The notes under the pieces were generated by a model. That model worked only from the letters and a program-made list of their open reading frames with translations, was not told the origin of the DNA and searched no databases. From Octopus bimaculoides (lineage: Eukaryota): a DNA stretch of 43,868 nt. This document shows positions 24,029 to 36,856 of the stretch, one piece after another (the first letter of the stretch is position 1; each line of letters starts with the position of its first letter). The stretch is from assembly GCF_001194135.2 (NCBI RefSeq), contig NC_068991.1, positions 80,631,277 through 80,675,144 on the forward strand, written 5' to 3'. A program made the position numbers and the translations under genes.

Positions 24029-25929
24029 TTTTATATATGATTTTTATCATATATAAAAAAGATGATGATGATGATGGTGGTGGTGACAAGGACAATAATG
24101 TAAATGCATTTGGAATTTATTTAATTGAATTGTAGGCTGCAAGTGTGGCTGTGTAATTAAGAAGTTTGTTTTGCAACCCCAGTTCAGTCCCACTATGTGG
24201 TACCTTGGGCAAGTATCTTCCATGATAGTTCCAGGCTGACCCTAACCCTCATGAGTGGATTTGGAGGAAAATAACTGAAAGAAGCCTGTTGTGTGTGTGG
24301 GGGGTCTTTTTGTGCTATGTTTGTGCCACACCAAAACTTGACAACTGGTGTTGGTTTGCTTACATCCCTGTAATTTAGTGGTTTGGCTAAAGGAACCAAA
24401 AAAATAAGTACCGAGGTCAACTTGTCCAACTAAACTCATCAAGGAGCCCCAGCATGACCACAAACCAACAACAATTTTAGACCCAATATCATCATCATAC
24501 AAGTGATGTCCATTGTTTCACATCTTCAATGAAAGCATTTTCTCACCATCGGCAATTATTAGTTTACTTGGAAAGAGGTGAGGTTTGGAGACAGGAAAGG
24601 CATCCAGCTGTTGCAAGTCTGCCTCAACAGATTCCATCTGACCCATGTAAGCTAAAATGATGATGATGATGGTGGTGGTGGTGGTGGTGATTGCATCCTG
24701 TTCTTTTTTCCTGTTTCCCACCCATCCTTCCTCCTACCTAATTGAAAGATATCAATAATGAGTTTACTGTGTTTATTCTAACTTGTTACCATGGCAACTG
24801 TGTTTCATCTAATGGCTGCTGATAGCAAAATATGTAGGAGGTAGTCCGATAGCTACCACCCGTCGTTGGAATAACTGTAATAGAATATCATGTTGATAAG
24901 CTCCAAAGACACTCCGGTTGCGACCATCCCATCTATTTTTCATTCATATATATATATCTTTGATGTCTATAACAATTATTCTGTTTGATGTTTTCTATAA
25001 TTGTTGTTTAATGCTAGATTAGTTCCGTTTGTACAGCCAAACGATGTTCCAGCCATGACCATCCCATTAAACACAGTATACCTGTCTAGTATTATATTAC
25101 ATAGTGTATTCCAACTATTTTTCATTTGGCTTTATGTACCTAGGACTACATATTCAGTGTGTCAACTTTCTAAAGTGGTAGAGCAGAGCTTGAAGGTATT
25201 TTGCTTTCTGTTTCTAGCAGCTAAAGCGACCAGGTAGGGGCTCCTTCAAAGTTGTCCGTACTAATGTAAACATGTCTATTAAATTGATTGTCACTACGCA
25301 ATACACTTTACAGGTAAAAACTTTCTTTCTCTATAAATAAACAATGTGTAGATTTGTTTGGACTGTTAAGTGGTGAAACAGATTGTATATACATACACAT
25401 ATTTATATACATATATACGTAGACACATAAACATACATGTATTTGCACGCAAGTATATATATATATGTGTGTATATATATGTGTGTGTGTGTGTATGCAT
25501 GTATGTGTGTGCATTTATGTAGATAGGTGCAGGTATGGCTGTGTGGTTAACAAGTTTGTATATCCCAACCACATGCCTTTGGGTTCAATCCCACTGAACA
25601 GCACCTTTGACAACGTATTCCACTATTGTCCTGAGTTGGCCAAAGCTTTGTGAATGGATTTGGTAGACCAAAGGAAGCTCACCATGAGTGCGAAGGTGTA
25701 CGAGTATGTGGAGGATGTTATTGTCTCCTTAACATTGCGTGATAGTCATGGCGATCACTTCATTTCCAATTTTCCATGAGAACATGTCAGGTCATGGGGG
25801 GGGGGGTAACTATCACCTTACTTGGAAACAGGTGAGGGTTGGCAACAGGAAGGGCATCCAACCATCCAAGCATAACAAAGTAGATCTTAGAACAATGATG
25901 ATGAGGATGATGATGATGACTGGGTTGTT

Positions 25930-26380
25930 GTGAAGAGCGAGTGTTTTTAGGATATTATAGTAGCAATGTACTGGGAAGTTGTACATGGGTGATTGGAAGC
26001 AGGTTTTCATGTAGTCCCTTGGATAGGGTAAAGCTCTTTTGTAGCAACACACTGCACCCTTCTCAAGTCCGAGGGGTTTTTGCTTTTAATATTCTTTTTT
26101 CTTTTGCATGGGTAATGCTGTGTGCAACCTGCAATGAGGCAAACTTCACTGTTTTGTATTCTCTGTGGTTCACTCTGGAGAGATTTGGGTCCTGGTAAGA
26201 CTGGGGTTGTCTCGATGGCTTTTAGTGTATCTTCTGATTACTCTTGATGTTGCACCTTTCTCATAGCTAAATATGGTCCCTCCAATTGCTCACAGCATTC
26301 ATTATGTTACTTTCTATGCTCTGTCTTCTCTTTTATGAATATTGTGGAGAAAGTGGATGTAATTTCTAGTGCTTTTTATT
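25930..26380 (-). mobile_element. Possible CR1/L2-type LINE 3' remnant
   Basis: Broken minus frames (NAVSNW..., PNLSRVNHREYKTVKFASLQ, QLPS) loosely follow the CR1 C-terminal YAVxxW...LxYxERL..L.SL...LP order. Confidence 0.35.
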
Positions 26381-26381
26381 T

Positions 26382-26426
<45 letters not shown>

Positions 26427-27850
26427 ATTCTGAATAGGAGGATAGAAATCGATGTTCTCTCATGTTGTTGGTAATAAGGGAGTGGTGGGGGTCAGTGAGT
26501 TTGGTTGGTGCTACTTTGAACCTGTAGTTGTGGAGAATCGGACAGCCTCACTAGTGCTGGTGCCATGATAAAGTGCACCAAGTAAACGCTATAGATTATT
26601 GGCTGGTCGTTGGGAATGGCATGTAGCCATAGAAACCATGCTAGAATGAAACAGACAGGAAAAGATGTGCTCTTCTCGTTCATCTGGGAAGGTTGGGACT
26701 CTGAATGAAAGCTGATTCCTATTGGGACAATCCATCTGACCTGTGTGGCCTGGAAACTGATCATGAAATAATGGTTAAAACAATGATGATGGTGGTGGGT
26801 AGGGATGCAGAAAGGTAAGTAGGTGGGTTCACATGGATACAGTTCTTCACAGTTTCCATCCACCAAATTTCACTCACAAGATATTTATCAACCCATCAGA
26901 AGAAAATGCTTGCATAAGGTACCTTACCGTAGGATTGAACCTGAGAAATACATGTCTGTAAAACAGGCTTCTTAACCACATGGCTACCATAAAAATAATA
27001 TTAAATAAACAAATAAATTGGTTCGAAGGAAGGACACTGCTCGAAATGTCAATTGGATAGCTCGTCTGATTGGTTATCTCTGTTCCATGGGTCTGTTACA
27101 TCAGCAGAGCTATCAAATAACCACAACAACAACAACTGTTGCAACTATGGATGCTGCAATTTCGATAACAACAACATTGGATTTTTTTTGTTGTTTTTTT
27201 TAAGCAAGTTAGATGCTTTAAACAAATTTTCCATAATGAATCTTCCGGGTGGATTTCCCTCCATGATTTCTCTGCAAATATACCCGAAACAATATTAATA
27301 GTTTATTAAACATTTCCATGGCATCAATCCAGAGATTAGCGTCTATATTTGTGAATGCAAATAGTTTCCAAATTCCATTGAGATTCTGGATGCATGCCAC
27401 TCCTCTGTTGCTAACCATTAAAGTGCAACGAAGATTTTGAATAATTGTATTCAATTTTCAAACTTCAATATTCTTTTACATTTTATTCTTTCATTTGTTT
27501 ACTCTTTTAATGGTTCAGAACATAGTATGTGGCCATGCTGGAGCGCCACCTTTTAGTGGGGGATGGTCAGTGGTTCATAATGAGCTTCAGTACAATGGTA
27601 CTTCTTTTAGTACTCGATGTTCGTTGAATGACTAAAGTACATAACTCAGGCATTGGGGACACACACACACACACAGGTGCATATATATATACACACTCAC
27701 ATACACACTGATGCATGTATACAAACATACACACACACATATATCTATATATACATAAACACATGCACACATACACATACTCACACATTCAGCGGCACAT
27801 ATACACACACACATACACATATGCACACACACACACACACATGCAGATGC

Positions 27851-27885
<35 letters not shown>

Positions 27886-30596
27886 TACACACTGATGCAC
27901 ATATACAAACATACACACATATTTATATATACATAAATGCATGCACACACAGATGCACATATACACACATTGACACACATACATATATTTATGCACACAC
28001 ACACATATTGTAGCAGTGGTGGTCATTTTATTGTTCTTGTTAAGTTCTTTTCATGTAAAACATATTTACACGTTAGGTCTCTGTACTTCATGGAACCAAA
28101 CATGTTTAGAGATTACATTTTATAAAAAAAACAACTTCAAAAGATTTACGAATTTGTCTTTCAAGATTCTTGATATGAAATAGTGTGTTGAAACAGATAT
28201 TGTTATACTTGGGGATGGTCATATTTGGTTGATCAAACAAACACCCATTGTATATTTGGCCTTCACTTCAGCTCTATTATTATTGTTATTATCCTTTTAG
28301 TTTCTTTTTGTCTTAAATCTTTCATCACACATCCTTATGTCTCCGTGGGGTAAAGAGTTGTTGAAGAGGTCAGAGAATGTCAGATATCATCTTCATCATT
28401 TTAACGTCCACTTTTCCATGCTTGCATGGGTTGGACAGAATTTGCTGAGGCAGATTTTCTACGATTGGATGCCCTTCCTACTGCTAACCCTTACCTATAT
28501 TTATTGCTTTACTTTCACCTTTTCCATGCTGGCATGATGGACTGCACAAAACTTATTGCTACTGTATTCTACAGCCAGGTGCCTTTCCTGTCACCAACCC
28601 TTACTTCTTTTGCTAGTCAGATACTTTTATACCAGAGGTTTTTACATAACAATGTTTCTAAGCTGCAGAACATAGAGTTAAGAAAGGACAGAAACCTGAT
28701 ATCACCACCATTTAGATGGTGTCCTTCAACGATACACAGAGGAAGAATGTTGTCACTAAGGCTTTAGCAGAGTATAACACATTATGAGGATGATGGTTGC
28801 ATTGGTGGAGGCGGCAACTGTGGTGGCGGCGGCCTGGCAGTGGTGGCAGCAGCGGCGGCTGTTGTTGTTGTTGTTTCAGCATATTCTTTGTTTTGGGGTT
28901 GGAATATACACAACCCACCATCAAGGATATGTATTTATAATTTATTATTTTGATTGTTTATGATGGAAATGTTTTATATAAACCTCCTGAAACTACATTG
29001 AAACTGGAGAAAGTTACCATCAAAGCAAGAGAGATGGCTTTGAATGCTTACAAGATAGTAACTCCTATTAAAAGCACCCAAACAATGCCGTTCCCTTCTA
29101 TGGCCCATAATTTGTTGTGAAGAGTAAAGTATCCACAGTTTCAGTCTGTAACTCTTCCTCGGAGAGTCAGGAAGTAAGAAACTGAAGTGGTGTCCCTTTG
29201 GTTCCAGATTGAATTCATTGTGTTACAAAGATTTTCAAGTTAAGGGGCATAGAGAAGCACATTCTAACGAATACCATTTTTTCAGGTACTTTCAACAGAA
29301 GCAACGCTTTTGTAAGCATTTGTGCCAATTCTCTGGTCCAGGGTTAACATATTCCATTGCTCACACTAGTCGCAGGGATTCTAAACAAAGATCATGCGTC
29401 TTCTCTTTCCTCTTCTGTGGTTCAAGTCAAAAATTTTCAAATTACTCAATGGTTCATACAATGAATACCAGTAATTTGTTTGGGGGATCATTCATTAACT
29501 GTGTACTTAGAAGAAATCAGTATTAGACAGGCATATAGCATGTTATACTGCATATAAGTTGACATTTGAAGTAAAAATGTATCTCAGAAAGGGGTTTAGG
29601 GACTTTTTGAAGGCTTTTTTGTGTTTTTTTTTTTATTTGCTTGATCTTTGGAGGGAGGGTCAGTACCCAATATCAAAAACTGGTAAAAATGACGTCATTA
29701 AGGATCTGCTTAAAGGACTTTAAGTCAACAGCTGTAGGAAAGATATGAGCTGAGGAAGGGCATTTTTTGTGGGGTATTGAACATAAGATGGCTGATGGAA
29801 GGAGTAAAAATGTGATAGCTGGTTACAATTGAAAAAAGGTACCCAAAACCAGAAAGCTTCAAAAGTTAGAAGAGGGCATTGTAGTTGCAATAGAAAAGAC
29901 AAAGAAAGAAGACAGCATTCCTATGAGAGGCTGGAGTATGTCTTTAAGTGACTTTCTGCCAACATGTTGAATAACTTTCCTCCACATATGACCTTCTCCA
30001 TTGATTCATTGTCATCCATTTATCCTATAATTTTTCTTCCATATTTCATTCTGTAAAGCACTTAGATGAATTTAAAGACTGGTTATCTTTAGAAAAACTT
30101 GTACTGACTTTATATCAATACAGAAGCAGGAGATGTGCCAACTCTATTGATGTTCTGCTCCGGGCTGTTATCTATCAGCTACACTGAACAAAACAAAATG
30201 AAGATTCAAAAAGAAAAACAAAAAAAGTCAAATATAGTTTTTGTAATTCAAATATGTTCTCCTGGGTATATTAACATCAACTTAGAATATTATCAGAGAC
30301 TTAATCTTAGTTAAAAATCAACAATAAATAAATTCTTTGTGCTTAGGAAATGTTTTCCAAAAACATTAGGGAATCAAATATATTTTTAGACATGTCTGAT
30401 AACTTGTAATTATTCATATACAATGATGATGATGATTTGGTCTCCCACCATATTTTATCTCCTCTCTGCATTCTGCATGGAATTCTTACCAAAGATTCCT
30501 TTATGATTCTTAGCTTCAGCAATTGTTATTTAGCCTTAGGCTAGCCTGCCCTGATCAAGCATGCTTATGATCGGTGGTATTTGAACTTCCAGTTAA

Positions 30597-30645
<49 letters not shown>

Positions 30646-31173
30646 TGCTGGACTCAAGAAGGCCCTTGCTCCACACCATAAGTGTTAAGGTCACTCCCAT
30701 TGGCCCTGTGTCAGTGCCACATAAATTGCATTTGTGCTGGAGTCACATAAAGGCACCCATGCAGTGCCATATAAAAGAAGCACCCAGTACACTCTGTAAA
30801 GTGGTTAACTTTAGGAAGGGCCTCCAGCTGTAGAAGCCTTGCCAAATCAGACTGGAGTCTGGTGCAGCTCCCCAGCTTTCTAGCTCTGGTCAAACCATCC
30901 AACTCCTGACAGCATGGACAATAAATGTTAAATGATGATGATGATGATGATGATTATATATAGATATATATATAAATAAAGTAAAGACTATTTGGCAATA
31001 TAATGTGTCTGTCCTGGAAGGGACAATTGTTACTATTGTTTAGCACCAGGAAACATTGTTTCCAGCTGGTTATGTGACACAATATCTGTGTCTTTATATT
31101 TTTAAATAGGGAGTCCAGTACTCCCGTCCAGCACAAAACAGAAACCTAGCCAAGCAGCTACTCTGTTTAAAGA

Positions 31174-31598
31174 NNNNNNNNNNNNNNNNNNNNNNNNNNN
31201 NNNNNNNNNNNNNNNNNNNNNNNNNNNNNNNNNNNNNNNNNNNNNNNNNNNNNNNNNNNNNNNNNNNNNNNNNNNNNNNNNNNNNNNNNNNNNNNNNNNN
31301 NNNNNNNNNNNNNNNNNNNNNNNNNNNNNNNNNNNNNNNNNNNNNNNNNNNNNNNNNNNNNNNNNNNNNNNNNNNNNNNNNNNNNNNNNNNNNNNNNNNN
31401 NNNNNNNNNNNNNNNNNNNNNNNNNNNNNNNNNNNNNNNNNNNNNNNNNNNNNNNNNNNNNNNNNNNNNNNNNNNNNNNNNNNNNNNNNNNNNNNNNNNN
31501 NNNNNNNNNNNNNNNNNNNNNNNNNNNNNNNNNNNNNNNNNNNNNNNNNNNNNNNNNNNNNNNNNNNNNNNNNNNNNNNNNNNNNNNNNNNNNNNNNA
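31174..31598. other. Assembly gap (425 N)
   Basis: Run of N. Confidence 1.
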
Positions 31599-31772
31599 AA
31601 GCACCCACTACACTCTCTGAGAGGTTGGCGTTAGGAAGGGCATCCAGCCGTAGAAACTCTGCCAAATCAGATTGGAGCGTGGTGTAGCCATCTGGTTTCA
31701 CCAGTCCTCAGTCAAATTGTCCAACCCATGCTAGCATGGAAAGCGGACGTTAAACGATGATGATGATGATGA

Positions 31773-31775
<3 letters not shown>
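31599..31775 (+). mobile_element. Young RTE-type 3' tail abutting the gap
   Basis: CpG-retaining copy ending ...gaaagcggacgttaaacgatgatgatg followed by (TA)n. Confidence 0.85.
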
Positions 31776-31810
<35 letters not shown>

Positions 31811-32343
31811 ATATATGTAAAACAAAAGATATGTGTGTGTCTGTGTGAGTGTGCATGTGTGTGTGTTTATGCATGTATGTGTGTGTGTGTGTGTGCGTGT
31901 GCATTTGTATCGATGGTCATGTTTACATTTATGTCCCATAACTTAGTGATTCAACAAACAGATTTCAAGAAAATGAGCATGTGACTAAAAAATATGAATT
32001 GGCGTTGATATGATTGACTAAACTCTAGTGCTCCAGCATGGCCAAAGTCCAATGACTGAAATGAGAACCAAAAATTATTTTTAAAAAATCAAATAAAATA
32101 CTCTTCTACAGTTTTAAATAAACATATTTTAAACGTTTTGATATAATTTTAAGGTAGATTTGTGTTTCCAATAAATACTGCTTTCAATAATCCTATAATC
32201 CGTATTCATGAAGACAACTTCATAAAGTTTGCATGAAAAAATTATTTTACAGTTTTCATAATAAAAATGAATAAGTAAGAGTTAGGTTTGTGCTCCACAT
32301 TATTAAGTTTGACTAAAGGCAATATTTTGCTGTCTTTTTGTAG

Positions 32344-32435
32344 GTGCAGTTACACAACCAATTATGAACACAATGCGTGGTCTGAAAAATCTCATTTCAT
32401 GGAAATCACCTTCATATACGCTTTTTGTTTTCACT
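32344..32435 (+). CDS. GRAMD4: GRAMD4-like, coding exon 7
   Basis: tttttgtag|...|gtgagt, phase 1 to 0. GAVTQPIMNTMRGLKNLISWKSPSYTLFVFT; compare human GAKPVTNFVKNLSALSDWYSVYTSAIAFT. Confidence 0.92.
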
Positions 32436-33726
32436 GTGAGTAAATTACAATCAGTGTTTTGTTTTTTGTTTTTTGTTTTTTTGTAATTTGTAAATGCTTT
32501 ATTGCATTATTTTAACATTTGAATTACATTTCTTTGTAATTAGTAAGTGTGGATGTGTGGATTTTTATTTGTTTTCAATTTGATTCTCATGATTGTGTGG
32601 TTAAGAAGCTTACTTTGCAATTGTGTGTTGTCAGGTTCACGCCCATGATGCAGCATGTTCAACTAATGTCTTCTACTATGACTCTTGAAGTCGACCAATG
32701 CTTTTTAAGTGAATTTGGTTGCATAGTTTGTATATGTGTGTGAATGTACTTGCATGTATGTGAGTGTGTGTGTGTGTTTGTGTTTATTCATCCACCTCCA
32801 CCACTTGACAACCAGTCTTGGTTTGTTTACATCCCTGTAATTTAGTGGTTTGGCAAAAGAGACCGGTTGGAATACCAGACTTAAAAGATAAGTACTGGTG
32901 TTGATTTGTTTGACTAAGCCCTTCAAGGTGGTGCCCCCACCATTATGGCTGCAGTCCAATGAATGAAACAGGTAAGAGATAAAAGCTCTTAATTTATTAA
33001 TCATAGATAATCACCTTGTGTGTCAGCTTGAATGTCTTACTCAGCAACCGTTAAGAGGGCTAAACCAGATTTCCTGGATATCTTCTCTCTTACATCACAC
33101 AGAAATGATATTTGGAAACTTGAGAGCTTTACCAAAATCAAAAGTTTTGTTCTGGACATGAACATTTTTGACTAATATCTGGCTTTTTTGTATCACATAT
33201 TTATTCTGCAGTGGTTTGGCAGAATTGTTAGAAAGAAAATGCTTTGTCATCTTTGCCTTTCATCCTTTCTGAGTCAATAAAGCAAAGCACCAGTCAAGCA
33301 TTTTTGGAATCGGTGGTATTGAAGTGATTAGCTACTTCCCCAAATTTCAAACCTTAATTAGAAACAATTATTGAAAAAAAAAACCCACTTCTGAATTTCT
33401 TTCTCATTTTCCATGGAGAATTCAGTTCAAACCTCACTTTAAAGATTCTCCTTAAACAGTGAAGTTTGAAAATATTCTGTAGAAGTCCCAATAAGCAGCA
33501 CTAAACCACAGACAATACGTAATGCAAGAAAAGAAAGCCCATGGCACTGCTTTATAAATGCCAGCTTAACAATTGGCGGAATCGTTCATAGAAGACATAC
33601 CTGCTTCTTTTAGTAGCCTTGACTACAACACTACGTACGATTTTCATTTTTTTTTTTTTTTTATAAAGGCAAACAAACCATCGAAATGCATAGACTAATG
33701 ATCTTTTACTGCTATTATTAGCACTG

Positions 33727-33920
33727 GAGAAGGCAGCAAGCTAGCAGAATCCTTAGCACATCAAACGAAAGGCTTAGAGACAGTTCTTCCAATTGTTTAC
33801 ATTCTAAGTTCAAACCCAGCTGAGCTCAACTTTACCTTTCATCCTTTCAGAGTCAATAAGATAAAGTACAATAAAATAAAGTACAGGGGGTTGACCATTC
33901 CCTCAGAATTGTTGGCCTTG
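33727..33920 (+). mobile_element. Third tRNA-derived SINE family (gagctggcagaat...gagttcaaattccgc...ctttgcctttcatcc)
   Basis: B-box-like gttcaaa. Copies also at about 36970-37270 (two, adjacent), 40945-41180 and 43012-43270. Confidence 0.7.
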
Positions 33921-34525
33921 AGCCAACATTAAAACAGAATTATTACCAGTGGTGTAATGATAAAGAATGGGTATCGAGGTTTGCTGCTTTTAATTCCAGA
34001 TAATAATACTTTATAGTTCAATTCTAGACTTGCAAACCAATAATGGAGATATTCTTCTTCCGTTGCTCAGTCTGAAGAATGCGGCAATGGCCGTAGTCTT
34101 TGCAGACTCTCCAAGACTGAATTTACATGCATCAACCTTCGTTTGATCATTCAGCCTGTTAACTAAGGTGGTGGTGGTGGTGGTGGTGGTGGTTGTGATG
34201 GTGGCAGTTGTGGCAGCAGCAGTAGTGGTGGTGGGGATATGGTGGTGTTGGAGTGGTTGTGTTAGCAGTGGTAAAGGTGTGAGGATGGCTACAAAAGTGG
34301 TAGTAGTGGTGGAGGTAGGAGTGATGACTGTAATGGTGGTGATAGTAGTATAGTGCTGGTGGGGGTGATGATAATGAAGAAGGTGGGTGGTGTCGTTGTG
34401 GCCATGGTAGTTGTGATGCAGCTGATGACACTGGCCACACCAATTGGACTAAACATTGAATTCAGGATGATGCAACATTCAAAAGAAATTCTTGTTCTTT
34501 GAGACTTCTCCTCTATTCTCCGCAG

Positions 34526-34617
34526 GTCTACATATACTCAGCTTGGTATGGTCTGCTGCTTCCTTTGTGTCTGTTCCTCGTTTTCTTCCGCCTTTCCATC
34601 AGTTACATGCGATACAG
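34526..34617 (+). CDS. GRAMD4: GRAMD4-like, coding exon 8 (hydrophobic membrane segment)
   Basis: tctccgcag|...|gtaagt, phase 0 to 2. VYIYSAWYGLLLPLCLFLVFFRLSISYMRY; compare human VYMNAVWHGWAIPLFLFLAILRLSLNYLIA. Confidence 0.92.
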
Positions 34618-35782
34618 GTAAGTTCCAATCAACCAATGGCTGATCACCATTTTATCGAATCAATTCTCTTCATTTTAACCCTTTAGCATATGAGGCCCAA
34701 ATATTCTAATGGATTTATGTTCAAACTGGCCAGATCCAGCCTCTCACACATACCTGACAAAGTCATTTTAAAAAATAAAGAAAAACATTACCAAAATCTC
34801 AAAGCTGTCTCATAACGCACGATTAATTTGAAACAATTTGAATAAATGAGCATCACATTTGGCAGAGCTAAAGAAATTTATTCTATTGTAAGAATTCACA
34901 GATCTCAGATTGGTGTAAGTACAACTGCATGATTACAACATTTGCTTTCCAATTATGCAGAACTAAATTTGGATTCATTGCACAACTGCACAGCTCCTTC
35001 AGCAAATGTATTCTACCAAAGTAATTGGGTCACTTGAACCCATGTAAAGAAAATTTGGCACACAGGAATGAGTTGTTAGTTATCTCCCTTGCTTCTTACT
35101 TTCAAACGCCTCTAGAGGGAGTTTTTATCAACACGTTGCATGGATAATCTCAATGGTTTTAGGCTTAATATATTACATGTGTGTGATGCAATTTGTATAT
35201 AGGGTGCAGAAGGTTCCCTTGACGATGCACTTTCTGTCAACCATGTTTCTAATATACAAGATCAGCATCACTGAATTACTTCATACATGTGCGTGTGTGT
35301 GTGTGCATGTTTAAAAAGATAACAACTTTCCAACCGCATGGTTGTGGGTTCAGTTCCACTGCAAAGCACCTTGGGAAAATACACTATCTTTGCTTCTATT
35401 GATAATAAAAAATTTAGCAATAAAAGTATGTCATAATTAAGCTAGGGTTTGGAACATAAACTTGAAATTCTCTTGAAGGTTCTAATTCTATCATACTGGA
35501 AATTTGTATTATAGAACCAGGGGCAATCTTGAGTAGGTTGCTATCAAAAGAGTTAATTGTCAAGGTATTTCCAACAAGTGAATCTTAATTAGTCAATCAA
35601 ATGACTTTTGTTAGTGTGTAGCTAATAGCTGACAAACGCTTTTCTCAGATTTCAGCTTCTGTGTATTTTAATTGCATTCATTTGGAACAATCCAGAATTA
35701 TTTCCAACTTTTATGTCAATTATATTTTCTTGTTTCTTTTTTGTTTTGTTTTTTTCGCTATTTTTCTTCGAACCTGTGCCAG

Positions 35783-35831
35783 AGGCTGGAATATCAACCT
35801 TCATTATTTAGATCCAGGGGAAATTGTCAAT
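35783..35831 (+). CDS. GRAMD4: GRAMD4-like, coding exon 9
   Basis: tgtgccag|...|gtaagt, phase 2 to 0. RGWNINLHYLDPGEIVN; compare human RGWRIQW. Confidence 0.88.
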
Positions 35832-36784
35832 GTAAGTACACATCATTCTATTTTAAAGTTAAATTTAAATTTGGATATACTGATGGACGGACGGACGGCT
35901 GGCTGGCTGGCTGGCCAAGTGGTTGAGCAGTTTGCTTTGCAATCATGAGGTTCTGGATTTGGACCTACTGCATAGCATTCGGACGGTGGGGCATGAGTTT
36001 TTAAGTGTTCTGGCCAATTCATTCCTTGTGGGAGGAATTAGATAGCCAGAGACTGTGTAGGAACCAGTCCAGTGGAATTATATCAATAACTGAAAGACCT
36101 GGCTAGCTTTGTTACATGTTATGTGATGCTGATTCTTCATCAGAAATACATTAAGGACACATGTGTCTGTGGAATATCCAACCACTTATACATTAATTTA
36201 ACAGGTTGCATTTTCAGTTGAATAAAACACTGATTTGCCCATCCTTTTCAACGATGAATGAGTCATCATAAATTTACTTGTATTTCTTTAATTTAGCTTC
36301 CAATTAACCCGTTTTTGTATCTATTTCCCTCTCTCCTATTTGCTGGTTCTCTTGTTCTTTGCCTCTTTCTTTTATCCCTCTTTTTCTTCTCTTTCTCATC
36401 TCTCATGTCTCTGTTGAAGTCCTTTAATACCAGATGTACATAATATAACTACAATATGACACATATAATTGTAATACAACATGCATAATAATTCGTACAT
36501 AACATATGCATAATATAGCTTCATTATCATCATTTAATGTCTACTTTTCATGCTGGCATGGGTTGGACGGTTTGACAGGGGATGGCCAGGCTGGAGCCTG
36601 CACCCGACTTCTGTATCTGTTTTGACAGAGTTTTTACAGTTGGATACCTTTCCTAACCCTAACCCAGCAGAGTAATATAACAGAACTCATACATGTAAAG
36701 CATGATTTGTTGAAAATGTAACATCAGCGACATCATTGTACTCCTAATTAAAACTCTTTTTTTTTTTCTTTTGGTTCTTTGTAG

Positions 36785-36856
36785 GAATCAGATGATAAAG
36801 ACAAAGGAGTTTCAGATAAATTCAGTGTTGTTCTTCAAGTGGCTAAAAAAGTGCAG
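36785..36856 (+). CDS. GRAMD4: GRAMD4-like, coding exon 10
   Basis: tctttgtag|...|gtattc, phase 0 to 0. ESDDKDKGVSDKFSVVLQVAKKVQ; compare human EDLTVSEKFQLVLDVAQKAQ. Confidence 0.93.

Noticed and set aside
28790-28880. GC-rich GGC/CAG stretch giving QQQQPPLLPP
   Set aside because: It is a trinucleotide-repeat derivative without splice signals.
31174-31598. Possible missing GRAMD4 exon in the gap
   Set aside because: Exon 6 ends in phase 1, exon 7 begins in phase 1, and the protein aligns continuously (ITRF-GAVTQP), so no constitutive exon is needed.
31102-31701. 199-aa and 145-aa ORFs
   Set aside because: They span the N gap and are artefacts.
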